Positions 39,266 through 50,940 of a stretch of DNA of 62,061 bases are shown here, in pieces. The notes beneath the pieces are model-generated. The model saw only the letters and a list, made by a program, of their open reading frames with translations. It made no database searches and was not told the DNA's origin. Position 1 is the stretch's first letter; every line of letters starts with the position of its first letter. The DNA lies in NCBI GenBank assembly GCA_030324005.1, contig JARDVH010000150.1, positions 10,677,506 through 10,739,566 on the forward strand, given 5' to 3'. A program made the position numbers and the translations under genes. The stretch comes from Negaprion brevirostris. Its lineage: Eukaryota.

Positions 39266-39329
39266 CCATGCACAATGTATAGGAGTGTGTTATCACACAC
39301 ACAGAGAGATGTATTAGGGAGGTTTGAGA

Positions 39330-39825
39330 CATTCATCTGGCATCTGGAAAACTACAGGCTTCTTAATTAAGTATAATTTTGTTAAAGGCAAATGTTGTTT
39401 GACTAACTTGATCGAGTTCTTTGACGGAGTGATGGGGGACGGGGGGCGGGGGGGGGGGCAGTCGGCCTGATTTCGATAGTGAGGCTGATGCTCTGTATTT
39501 GCACTTTCAAAGGTTATTTCACTACATACCACCTGACAGACTTGTTTTAAAGCCCACGGGATTAAAGCGGCAGCGGCCGCATGGATAGACTATACAGTTG
39601 ACTAAGCGACAGAAAGCGGAGTATTGGTGAAGGATGGCTTGCAGGCCGGATGTTATATGGGTTGCGTATCCCAGAGGTCAGTATCAGAAGCACTGCTGTT
39701 TTTGATTATATACTGGTGACTTGGGCAAACAGGGCATCAGGTCAAAGTTTGCAATTAGCACAAAAGTTGAAAATGTAATAAATAATGAGGATAGTAACAC
39801 ACCTCAGACTTCACGAAGATCTAGA
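39330..39825 (+). mobile_element. Old CR1 RT relic
   Basis: TTTGTTAAAGGCAAATGTTGTTTGACTAACTTGATCGAGTTCTTTGAC encodes FVKGKCCLTNLIEFFD. The element continues after insertions to about 41630. Confidence 0.75.
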
Positions 39826-40530
39826 CTTTGATTTGATTTATTCTTGTCACATTTTTTATTAATTTATTAGTGTCACAAATAGGCTTACATTAACACTGCA
39901 ATGAAGTTACTGTGAAAATACCCTAGTCGCTATACTCCAGCACCTGTTTGGGCACACTGAGGGAGAATTTAACATGGCAAATACAGCTAACCAGTACATC
40001 TTTTGGACTGTAGGAAGAAACCAGAGCACCCAGAGGAAACACACACAGACACACGGAGAACATGCAAACTTCACACAGACAGTGACCCAAGCCAGGAATC
40101 AAACCCAGATCCCTGGCACTGTGAGGCAGCAGTGCTAACCACTGTGCCATTGTGTATTGGGATACAGTGAAAAGTATACGCTATACAGAGAAAACATACC
40201 ATTCATAGAGAACATGGGGAAACGGAAAGAAGAGGGTGCAGAATATAATGTTGCAGTTACAGATAGGATGTAGGGAAAGACCAGCTTAATATATGGTAGA
40301 TGCATTCAAAAGTCAGATGATAGCAGGAAGGAAATTGTTCTTAAGTCAGTTGGTACGTGATCTCAGACTTTGTATCTTTTTCTCGATGGCAGAAGGTGGA
40401 AGGGAAAATGTTCGGAGTACATGGGGTCCAATGGTTGGGAGGCCGGTTTGCATGATGGACTGGGCTTCGTTCACAACCCTTTGTAGTTTCTTGTGGTCTT
40501 GGGCAGAGCAGGAGCCATACCAAGCTGTTA
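39826..40530 (-). mobile_element. Rex1/Babar 3' end with a nested alternative-tail V-SINE (39855-40150)
   Basis: TAWYGSCSAQDHKKLQRVVNEAQSIMQTGLP peptide and (GATTT)n tail. The SINE is inserted within the tail. Confidence 0.85.
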
Positions 40531-40539
40531 ACTGATGAG

Positions 40540-41630
40540 AAGTGCTGACACATAACAACACAAAATAGTGTGAGGTGTTATATTTCAGGAGGAAAAATAA
40601 GGAATAGTACAATTTTAAAGGGGGTACAGAAATAAGGAGACCTTTTGGGGGAGGGGGTATATACACAAATCTTTGAATGTGGCAGGACAATTTGAGAAAG
40701 CTGTTAAAAATATTGATTTTATTAGTACAGAAATTGAGTACAAAGATAAAGAAAATATATCAACCTTTTCAAAACAAAAGGAGTTTTTTGTTCAAGTCTA
40801 TATTCCATACTTTAGAAAGGATGTCAAAGGCAGGATGGTGGCACAGTGATTAGCACTGCTGCTTCACAGCTCCAGGGACCTAGGTTAGTTCCAGCCTTGG
40901 GTGATTGTCTATGTGGAGTTTGCGCATTCTCCNNNNNNNNNNNNNNNNNNNNNNNNNNNNNNNNNNNNNNNNNNNNNNNNNNNNNNNNNNNNNNNNNNNN
41001 NNNNNNNNNNNNNNNNNNNNNCCCCTTAATGACCTAAGATGTGTAGGTTAGGGAGATTAGCCATGGGAAATGTGTGAGTTATGGGAATAGGATGGGGGAG
41101 GGGGCTTGGGTAAGATACTCTGTCAGAGAATTGGTGCAGAAGTGATGGACTGAATGGCTGTAGGGATTCTATGAAGTGCAGAGGAGGTGTATCAGAAAGG
41201 TAGCAGACACCTTGGTTATGTGGTAGATTTGAGATGCTGGGATAGTTTTCCTTAGGGCAAAGAAGGATAGAAAAGATTTGCTAGAGGTGTACAAAATCAT
41301 TGATGGTTTTTCTAGAGTAAATAAGGAGAACTATTTGCAATAGCAGAAAGAACAGTAACTGCAGGACATCAGTTTAAGGTGACGAGCAAAAAAACCAGAG
41401 ACAATATGAGGAAACAATTTTTGTTTGGATCTGGAATACTCTGCCTGAACAATTTTGACTTTCAAAGTAGAATTCAATAAATATTTGAAGGATAAAAATT
41501 ATGGGGCAATGGGGAATGAGCAGGGGAGTGGGATTATTAGTAAGATAGCTCTACCAAAGAGCTGAAACTGGCACAATGGGCTGAAGGACTTATTCTGTGC
41601 TGCAACATCCAATGATTCTATGATTCTCAT
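40540..41630 (+). mobile_element. CR1 3' region with a nested HE1 SINE (40829-41174)
   Basis: CCATACTTTAGAAAGGATGTCAA|SINE|AGTGCAGAGGAGG continuity, and a tail ending GATTCTATGATTCT. Confidence 0.8.
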
Positions 41631-42529
41631 TTTAGGCAAAAGTGTTAAGGAATAGACAACTAAGGTGGGTATATGGAGTTAAAATACACATCAGCCATAA
41701 TCTAACTGAATGATAATTAAGCTCGAGCTACTGAGTGGATTACTCCAATTCCTAATATTCCAATAAATGCTGCAAAAATTTCTGCAAAGATGTGTCATTA
41801 TGGTAAAATACATAAGAAGAGGTTTAATCATGAATACATGATTTACGTCAAGGGACTGGAAAGAAGGGAATGTGGTATCATCTCACAAAAGGGTCAGATG
41901 AATAACCCAGGCNNNNNNNNNNAACGATAGACCTGCGAGACTGGCAATGGAATTGGATAAAATAGCAGAAAGCATTCTGAAAAAGGGGGCATTAAGTGAT
42001 TGGGAGAAACATACATAGTACATACAATACGTACCACATTGGAATGTTTTCTATGTATGGTTGATCACGTTTGATAAATCTGCTAGAGTTCCTTAAAGAT
42101 AAAGTGGTGAGTTGGCAAGGGAAACTCAATAAACTTAATAAGAATAGACTTTAGCCAAACCTTTATTACGGTGTCACATTGGAGATTGCTCTAAAATGTA
42201 AGAGGTCTCGGAACTGGAGGAAAGCTTTTGGAATGGAAAAATCATTGCTTGGGTCAGAGAATGTAAGTGGGAGCTGAATCCGTGTGGAGAGAGGGAATAA
42301 GCAGATTCCAAAGGGAATGGCTCACAATCATACATATGAAGAGGTAATGAATGGCCAATAAGCTCTTCTGGTGTGCTGCTGATATCAAGCTGGGAGGGGT
42401 CATAAATATTAGGGAGAAACAGACAGAAACAAAAGGGTATGGACAGGTTGGGAGACAGGGCCTAAAGTGGGAAATGTCATTTTTCAAAATTCTCAAACCA
42501 ACAAAAAGGAAATATGTTATTCTGAAGAA

Positions 42530-43455
42530 ATAATAACAGAAAATGTTGGAAAGACTCAGCAGGTCTGGCAGCATCTGTGGAGAGAGAAAGCAAGTTAACA
42601 TGTCAAGTTATCGAGTCACAGAGGTTTACATCATGGAAACAGGCCCTTCGGCCCAACTTGTCCATGCCACCCTTTTTTTTTAAAACATCTAAGCTAATCC
42701 CAATTGCCCACATTTGGCCCATATCTCTCTATACCCATTGTACCCATGTAACTACCTAAATGCTTTTTAAAAGATAAAGTTGTACCCACCTCTACTACTA
42801 CCTCTGGCAGCTTGTTCCAGACACTCACCACCCACTATGTGAAAAAATTGCACCTCTGGACACTTTTGTATCTCTCCCCTCTCACCTTAAACTTATGCCC
42901 TCTAGTTTTAGACTCCCCTACCTTTGGGGATAGATATTGACTATCTAGCTGATCTGTGCCCCTCATTATTTTATAGACCTCTTTAAGATCACCCCTCAGC
43001 CTCCTACGCTCCAGAGAGAAATGTCCCAGTCTATTCAGCTTTTCCTTATAACTCAATCCATCAAGTCCCAATAGCATCCTAGTAAATCTTTTCTGCACTC
43101 TTTCTAGTTTAATAATATCNNNNNNNNNNNNNNNNNNNNNNNNNNNNNNNNNNNNNNNNNNNNNNNNNNNNNNNNNNNNNNNNNNNNNNNNNNNNNNNNN
43201 NNNNNNNNNNNNNNNNNNNNNNNTGTCCACCTGTGATTCCACTTTCAAGGAGCTATGAACATGTACCCCTAGATCTCTTTGTTCTGTAACTCTCCCCAAC
43301 GTTGTACCATTAACTGAGTCCATATGACTCTTCTTCAGAGATGAAAACTTTAACTTTGCTTCTCTCTCCACAGTTGCTGTCAGATCTGCTGAGTCTTTCC
43401 AGTATTTTCTGTTTTTATTTCAGATTTCCAGCACCTGCTGTGATTTGCTTTTATT
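42530..43455. mobile_element. Penelope-type inverted-arm element split by a younger CR1 insertion
   Basis: The left arm (42530-42605) and right arm (43343-43455) are reverse complements. The CR1 lies between them. Confidence 0.7.
42605..43315 (-). mobile_element. Young CR1/HER1 LINE 3' end
   Basis: ORF 42835-43371 encodes EQRDLGVHVHSSLKVESQVD...DIIKLERVQKRFTRMLLGLDGLSYKEKLNRLG...RRLRGDL...RGHKFKVRG. Confidence 0.92.
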
Positions 43456-43544
43456 TCAATGTACCAAAGGAACTCAGCCATGACTGGATGGGCAGTACTC
43501 TCCCTTTCTGATTTGTAGATTTGTATCTTACTCCAGGGATAAGA

Positions 43545-44250
43545 TTTGATTTGATTTGATTTATTATTGTCACATGTATTAACATACAACGAAAAGAATT
43601 GGTTCTTGCATGCTATATAGTCAAAACGTACCGTTCATAGAGAAGGAAACGAGAGAGTGCAGAATGTAGTTTACAGTCATAGCTAGGGTGTAGAGAAAGA
43701 TCAACTTAATGCAAGGTAGGTCCATTCAAAAATCTGACAGCACCAGGGAAGAAACTGCTCTTGATTCAGTTGGTACGTGACCTCCGATTTTTGTATCTTC
43801 TTCCCGATGGAAGAAGGTGGAAGGGGGAATGTCTGGGGTGCATGGGATTCTTAATTATGCTGGCTGCTTTTCCGAGGTAGTGGGAAGTGTGGACAGAGTC
43901 AATGGATGGGAGGTTGATTTGCGTGATGGATTGGGTTATATTCACAACCCTTTGTAGTTCCTTGCAGTCTTGGGCAGAGCCAGATCCATTACAAGCATGT
44001 AGGTGTTGATGTGATCGGCGCAACTCGTGGGCCGAAGGGCCTGTTTGTGCTGTGGTGTTCTATGTTCTACAACCAGAAAGAATACTTTCTATAGTGCATC
44101 AGTAAAAGTTGCTGAGAGTTATAGCTGACATGCCAAATTTCCTTAGTCTTCTGAGAACGTAGAGGGGTTGGTGGACTTTCTTAACTATAGTGTCAGCATG
44201 GGGTGACCAGGACAGGTTGTTGGTGATCTGGACACCTAAAAACTTGAAGC
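43545..44250 (-). mobile_element. Rex1/Babar LINE 3' end (CR1 tail inserted at about 43998-44070)
   Basis: FKFLGVQITNNLSWSPH..LRRLRKFGMS and FHLLPSGRRYKNRRSRTN peptides. Confidence 0.88.
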
Positions 44251-44354
44251 TGTCTTGAAGAGCACATGATTGAGCTAACATTTCTCAGGCAGTACCGAGG
44301 GGAATGGGAGATGGTATGGAAAGGAATCTGGGCTTTAACTATAAAAACAATTAT

Positions 44355-44612
44355 AAAGTTATTTATTAGTCACAAGTAGGCTTACATTAACAGTGCAATG
44401 AAGTTACTGTGAAAATCCCTTAGTCACTGCACGCCAGCACCCTGTTCGGATACACTGAATCAGCACGTTTTTTGAATTGTGGGAGGAAACCAGAGCACCC
44501 GGAGGAAAACCACACAGACACAGTGCAAACTCTGCACAGACCGTGACCCAAGCTGGGAATTAAACCAGGTCCTTGGCACTGTGAGGCAGCAGTATTCACC
44601 ACTGTGCCACCG
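44355..44612 (-). mobile_element. V-SINE variant with alternative tail
   Basis: Reverse complement of the 8095-8390 type. Confidence 0.85.
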
Positions 44613-46480
44613 TACCAATTATACTGTTCATTAAGCCAAACAGCACTTCGTAACAACACAAAATAAATACTGATAATGTTGGAAATATTCTGATTTCATT
44701 TCAGATTTTCAGGTTTGCCTTTTTATATTGCTTTGAGGAAGAGTGTGCTAAGTATCAGGAAATGATAATTGGTTTGTACAATGTTCTGGTCCAACGCCAC
44801 CTGGAGTATTTTATTCACTATACCGNNNNNNNNNNNAATGGCGGGGCAGGCTCGAAGGGCTAGATGGCCTGCTCCTGCTCCTATTTCTTATGTTCTTATG
44901 TTAAAATGCCTAAGGCACAATCGCCTTGAGCACTGTGTTGGCATCAAATCTCAGGAAGGGTTGGCCTTGGGGGAGCTGGAACCAGAATGACACCAAGGTT
45001 TAAAGGGTTGCATCATAAGAACAGATTGCATAATTCTGACCTGTGCTGAGGGCCAATCTGCTGAAGCTGTTTAAAATGTTAAAAGGACACAACATGGTAG
45101 ATAGGGAGTAATTATTTTCTGTGGTGCAGGAATCAAAGGGACATAGTTTTAAGTTTAAAGCAAGACTATATAGGAGAGAAGCACATTTTCACACAAATTG
45201 TATCAGAACTCTGAAACTCTTGTCAACAAAAGGTTATGGATCCTAGGGCAAATTGGAGCTTTGAAGACTGAGATTGATAGATTTTTATTGGGTACGGGTC
45301 AAAGGGTGTTTAGTAAAGGTAGATAAATGGAAATGAGAGAAAGATCAGTCATGATCTGTTTGAATGACAGTGCCAGAGCTAAATGACCTCCTCCCACATG
45401 TGGCAAGTACCAAAAATAATAGAGACATTGATCCCAAACTGATAAATATTGATTCAGCTTTTGGGTAAAAGGATAATTCTAGACAACAAATACTCAGATA
45501 GAGTATAATGTAATACAGAAGTTAGTAAATATATGGAGTCAAGATGTTGTGGATAAACTTTTACCATGCATGGCTATTAAAGGGTGTCACGTGTAGAATA
45601 AGATAGGAATCCTGTCGTCTTTGCAATTGACTCAATTGCTTAAATGCCATTTTTTGGTCCTGTACAGGTATAGTGTCCCACAGGGGAGTTGGTTGATTTA
45701 TCAAATGATGTGTCAAAGTTAACCCAAGGTCTCTGAAAGATTAGTTTATTGTCTTATGGTCTCAAGAAGGAATCAGTTGTCATTGGAATTGGCCATACTT
45801 TTGTTTTTTTTCTCTGTTTTATCTCCCTGAAGACTTAGCATTACTAACATATATATATACCAACAGGGCAAAGTCTAACCATCAGGCTCACAGTATCCAG
45901 GTAACCGTGCAACTAACAAATACCATTGACCTTACCACTAACCACACTGTCTCCTGAGAAAGACAAAGAAACAACGTTCCTTTCTAAAGGAGCATGGTGA
46001 TCTTTATCCACTGCCTGTTTGAGCACCGTGTTCCAGAAGGAGGTGACTATCTGCAAAACAGAAATACTCCATGACAACCAACCTAACTGTCTGATTACAG
46101 ACTTCTGCACGGCTGCTGTCTAGCCCTACCATCTCTTTTCATATAATCCGTGTACAGTTTTGGTCTCCTTACCCAAGAAATATTCTTGCCTTAGAGTGGA
46201 AGGAACAAAGGTTCATTAGGTTGATACCTGGGATGAGAGGGCCTTCTTATTAGGAGTAATTGAGTGGTATGTGTCGATATTCCCTGGAATATAAAGAACA
46301 ATAGGTGATCTAATTGAAATGCATAAAATCCTTTGGTAGATGCTAAGAGGCTATTTCACTGGGCTGCACAGCTTAGGACTAGTGGCCATTGGATAAGCAA
46401 TCAGCCATTTAGCACTGAGGCGAAGAGAAANNNNNNNNNNATGCAAAAATCTGCAAATTTTGCTCAGTTGTTGAGTATAC

Positions 46481-47342
46481 TGTGATGAATATCTAGTGCA
46501 TGGTTAATATTCTGGAGATAGTTCTGGGAAGATTACTGTTGTGAAGGTAACACCAAAAGAAGATGGCTGTTCAGAAAGTTATCCTACCCATGATTATTTA
46601 ATAGAAGAATAGAAGAGGAGGACCCATTAAACTGTTGATGAGTTACTTAGCTGGAGAACTGGAAATGTGATGTTTACACTGTTTGCAAATAAGTGCAGTC
46701 AAGAGAGATGTTTTGTTCAGGGAGTTTTAAGGCATTCAATGATCCCTGAAATACTATGCCATCATGGAGATGGGTGGACTGTGGGAAGGTTCTCTAGTTT
46801 CAGTTTATCTGTGTGTTTGCAGAGGAAAAGGCTCCATACTGGGTGCCACTGGTAACAGTCTCCAGTTGTTAGGGCTTGGAGAAACCATGGGAACTTGGTG
46901 CCGCTGAGGACTGCATTTTGGAACTTGTGTGGCTTGTAACTCACAGAGAAGCCTTGGATGCTGTTAGCAGGCTCCAAGCAGTTAGGGTTCAGCGAAGTCT
47001 TGGAGGAGCTGAGAAGCTCGTGGACTGTCACTGGCTCCATGCCAGATGGTTAGAGTTCAGAGAAGCTCTGGTAGTCATTAATAGCTCGGTGCAGACAGGA
47101 GACTGGAATTCTGAGAAACTCAGAATTGAGTTCAGAATTCAGAATTCAGAAACTCAGAATATGAGAGAATCATAGAATCACTACAGTGCAGAAGGAGGCC
47201 AGTCAGCTGATTGAGTCTGCACCAACATTTTATTTGTTTAGAACTGTGGGATCTTGTGGTTTTACTCTCTAGTTGCTAGCTAGAAATTCAAACATTGTCT
47301 ACTTTAAACAAAAAGCCACTGTTCCTTAACCAGATTGTAATA
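46481..47342. mobile_element. Probable solo LTR (Gypsy-like)
   Basis: About 860-bp insert that starts TGTGATGA and ends TTGTAATA (decayed TG..CA), flanked by ATAC/ATAT (imperfect 4-bp TSD). It cleanly interrupts CR1 sequence. Confidence 0.5.
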
Positions 47343-47356
47343 ATATTCAATACTTA

Positions 47357-47613
47357 GATAAGGATAAAAAAAAACCGTGAAGCAGATTGGAATGAAGGAC
47401 TGAAGTTTGAAAGAAAACATTCTATGTTATTTATGGAGTCAAATGCCAAAATGTCTGATGGTATGAGGTGTGCATTTGAAGAACTTATTGAAAAAATCAT
47501 TCAGACACCTGGCCCTATGGGAAAGTGAGAGTAGAAATATTAGACTTAGGTTATCTGACTCATCTGATGCCAACAGTGGCAGTTCCTGTGGCGGATATTG
47601 CTCCATTCTGTAA
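47357..47613 (+). pseudogene. RAB18: Processed, 5'-truncated Rab18 pseudogene fragment
   Basis: Manual translation gives DK..[79 protein letters not shown]. This matches the vertebrate RAB18 C-terminus ([52 protein letters not shown]...CGGYCSVL). There is a +1 C frameshift at about 47514, an expanded A-run at 47366-47374, no intron and no N-terminal half. Confidence 0.9.
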
Positions 47614-47837
47614 ATTGTAAGACTTTGGAGTCGTTTCTTGCCAATTTTAAACAATTGATGAACTATTTGTATGAAATCTAAGAGTTGGCTTAAACTCTTT
47701 TGAGTATACTTTTGAACACAAAGTGAATCAAAGGATATGGATATAGATCAGGAACTGAAATGGAGCCATGCCCTTAATGAATAGGCTCGAGAGACTATAT
47801 GATCTACTCCTGCTTGCATTTCCTATTTTCCTTATCC

Positions 47838-48155
47838 ATGGTATATATGGACTTTAGTAAGGCGTTTGATAAGGTTCACCATGGAATGCTTCTCAGAAAA
47901 TGCAGGTGTATGGGATTGAGGGTGATTTAGGAAATTGGATCAGGAATTGGCTGGCGGATAGGAGACAGAGNNNNNNNNNNNNNNNNNNNNNNNNNNNNNN
48001 NNNNNNNNNNNNNNNNNNNNNNNNNNNNNNNNNNNNNNNNNNNNNNNNNNNNNNNNNNNNNNNNNNNNNNGTCATTGCTTTTTAACTGGTCGGCGCAACA
48101 TCGTGGGCCAAAGGGCCTGTTCTGCGCTGTAATGTTCTATGTTCTATGTTCTATC
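47838..48155 (+). mobile_element. Young CR1 (RT part, gap, 3' tail)
   Basis: VYMDFSKAFDKV and YGIEGDLGNWIRNWLADRRQ peptides, and a (GTTCTAT)n tail. Confidence 0.9.
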
Positions 48156-48629
48156 TAACTAACTGAATATTGTTTCAGAAACTCAAACTTATCAATATGA
48201 AACTAATCTTTGCCAGTGGAAATTGGCAGCGAATTGGCAACATTGGCACTGTGGCCAATTCTGTTCTTCACTGAATAACTGAAAAGGGAAATGAGAAATG
48301 GTGTGAAACAATCAGCTACTTCACTACCATTCAAATATGTGTTCCTAGTGAGTTTCACCCAAATCCTCTCTGAAGTCTGCTTTTGTCAAAAATTATTCTG
48401 TTTCAGTCAGTCATGGGACTTGGACATCCCTGGCAAGGCCAGCATTTAATGACCGTTGGTAATTTCCCTTGCCAAGTTGGTGCTGAGCTGCCTTCTTGCT
48501 AATTGAATGGCTTGGTAGGTCTTTTCAGAGGGCAGTTAAAAGTCAACCATGTAACGATAGTCTGGACTCCTGTGTAGGCCAGGCTGGTTCAGGGCAGCAG
48601 ATTGCCATCCCTTATGGAATTAATAAATC

Positions 48630-48945
48630 ATGAAATATAAACAGAAAATGCTGCATAAGCTCAACTTCACTGGCAGCATCTGTGGAGAAAGAAATAGAGT
48701 GAACATTTCACATCCATATGACCCTTTCAAAGAACTGAAGAGGGTTGGAAATTTAATAAGTTATACAATTGGAGAATGAGGAAGGTCAGGGATAGGTCAG
48801 AGCTAAGGAGAGATTGACAAAGATGCTATGAACATAAGACAAAGGGGTTGTTAGTGGTGGCATTAGGGACTGAAGAAGTGTTAATAGTGATATAAATGTA
48901 AGATAGCAGAATGTGTTAATAGGAAAACAAAGGTCAGTGCTCATA
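48630..48945. mobile_element. Penelope-type relic
   Basis: AACAGAAAATGCTG..GGCAGCATCTGTGGAGA..CCATATGACCC, the same terminal repeat family as 4808 and 42530. Confidence 0.6.
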
Positions 48946-49033
48946 ATTACAATTCCTAAAAAAAGATTTGAAAGGTTAAGCTATCACCCTAGTCACCTGT
49001 TTCTCCACTTTCTCTCAGTCCTTTACCACATGA

Positions 49034-49393
49034 GGGAGGCGATGGCCCAGTGCTATTATCGCTAGACTATTAATCCAGAAACTTGGCTAATGTTCTGAGG
49101 ACTTGGATTCGAATCCCACCATGGCAGATGGTGGAATTTGAATTCAATATAAAAAAATCTGGAATTAAGAATCTACTACTGACCATGAAACCATTATCAA
49201 TTGTTGGAAAAACCCATCTGGTTCACTAATGTCCTTTAAAGAAGGAAATCTGCTGTCCTTACCCAGTCTCGCCTACACGTGACTCCAGAGCCACAGCAAT
49301 GTGGTTGACTCTCAACTGTCCTCAAGCAACTAGGGATGGGCAATAAATGCTGGCCAGCCAGTGATGCCTATGTTCCACGAATTAATTAAAAAA
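49034..49393 (+). mobile_element. tRNA-derived SINE (second family), full length
   Basis: A box TGGCCCAGTG, B box GATTCGAATCCC, and tail AGGGATGGGCAATAAATGCTGGCC shared with the LINE at 845-1450. Other copies lie at 48405-48625 (-) and 51320-51670 (-). Confidence 0.8.
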
Positions 49394-50819
49394 CGTAGGG
49401 AATGAAATCTAACCTATACTCCAATCTGGAACACATTTACACCTTATACAGCTTTGTTTTACGCGCAAAGTTCTCAGCCATACAGCCTTATGCATCTTTG
49501 TGAGTAATAAAACATATTACTTTCCATTATTCTATTTTTAAAGGTCCACCATCCACTATGGGAATGATGCCTTGGCATCACATGACATTCAGTCATCCCC
49601 CAGTACTGTATTACACTGAGAAGTGTCAGCCTAGGTTTTAAGTTTTAGTCTGTGAAGCTGGGCATGAAACAACAAAGAAGTAAAAGTATTACCCACTGAG
49701 CCAAGATTGAATTCCTACTAAACACTGTTAGTTTCCCTCCCCCAGTTTGAGGATTATATTTCTCTATATTCAGCTGCCTCTCCCACTTCAGGGCCCAATC
49801 CTCCAACCAGTCCATATCCTTCTGCTCCCATTTGCCTTCTCTTTATTATTTAGATCCTCATCCAAGTTTGGTATCATCACCAAGTTTGGAGAACTTGGGA
49901 AGCAGATTCTTGTTTTGAGAAGAAGGAAAGAGTTTCAAGAGGTCTATATGTTGCCATTCCTTGTCTCTGTCTCTGTAGTGATCTACTGGAATATACTTGA
50001 GGACAATGGGTGAGAACAGGTTTGGGATGATGCAACCAGTGTGAAATTTGGTCAGACACTCTGCTAGCCATCACAGGTAAATAAAAGGTCACATGGACAA
50101 GGTAATGGTTGGTGACCGGGTGATGCTGTTGCATAAAAATTCCAACAATTTCAGGAGAACAGGAGAGAAATTCAAAAGACAGAGAGAAGCTGTGCATTCC
50201 CATTATCATATTACTGTCACACACAGAGAGTGATAATCTGCTTCAACCTGATTTCATATGGGCTATGAGTTCGATATTGAGATGGTTAACTTGCATCCTT
50301 TTAGCACCTTTAACTGAAACAACATTCCAAGATTGTTTCCATTGGCGATGTATACAGTGATGCATGGACAAAAATATGCAAGGTGGAAGTGAGACAAAAT
50401 CTTAGTCAAAAAGATGGATTTTGAATAGAAAACAGGTTAGTAAAGCAGGAGAGAGAAGAAGACAGATGGAGTGGCTAAGGGAGGGAATTACAGAGCAGTG
50501 TGTCTCTTTAATTAAAGGTCACAGTTTACAGCAAAAGGGGAAGTTTGTGGATTACTAGGAGACAGCTCGGTGGGGCACTCACATAAATCAAGTCCTACCT
50601 GCTAAGAAAGGTGAGCTGGTTTAAAAATAGACGCTTAGTTTTCTGGTTGGGTGCAGCAATTCATTAACAACATAAGCACCAGACTTGGGCCATAGATTTC
50701 CAGTCCTAATGAGTCTATAATGGCAAGCACTTGAGCACAAAGTCCATTAGGCGCATGTGTAGATCTCGACCATTTTTTCTGTCAGAGTTCACAATAAATT
50801 AGTGCGATGTCTCTTAGTC

Positions 50820-50940
50820 TGCCCATCCACGCACCTATCTGTCTGCCCGTCCATCCCTCCATCTGTCCTACTGTCCATCCATCCATCCATCCACCCACCC
50901 ATCCATCCATCCATCCATCTGTCCAATAACCTATCTATCC
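50820..50940. repeat. (CATC)n tetranucleotide repeat
   Basis: Directly visible. Confidence 0.9.

Larger units (their letters stand above)
46150..47835 (+). mobile_element. Old CR1 3' end, split by an LTR-like element and the Rab18 fragment
   Basis: GTACAGTTTTGGTCTCCTTAC...GTTGAGTATAC | ATATTCAATACTTAGATA | TTTTGAACACAAAGTGAATCAAAGGATATGG...CTACTCCTGCT reads as one collinear CR1 3' end. Confidence 0.7.
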
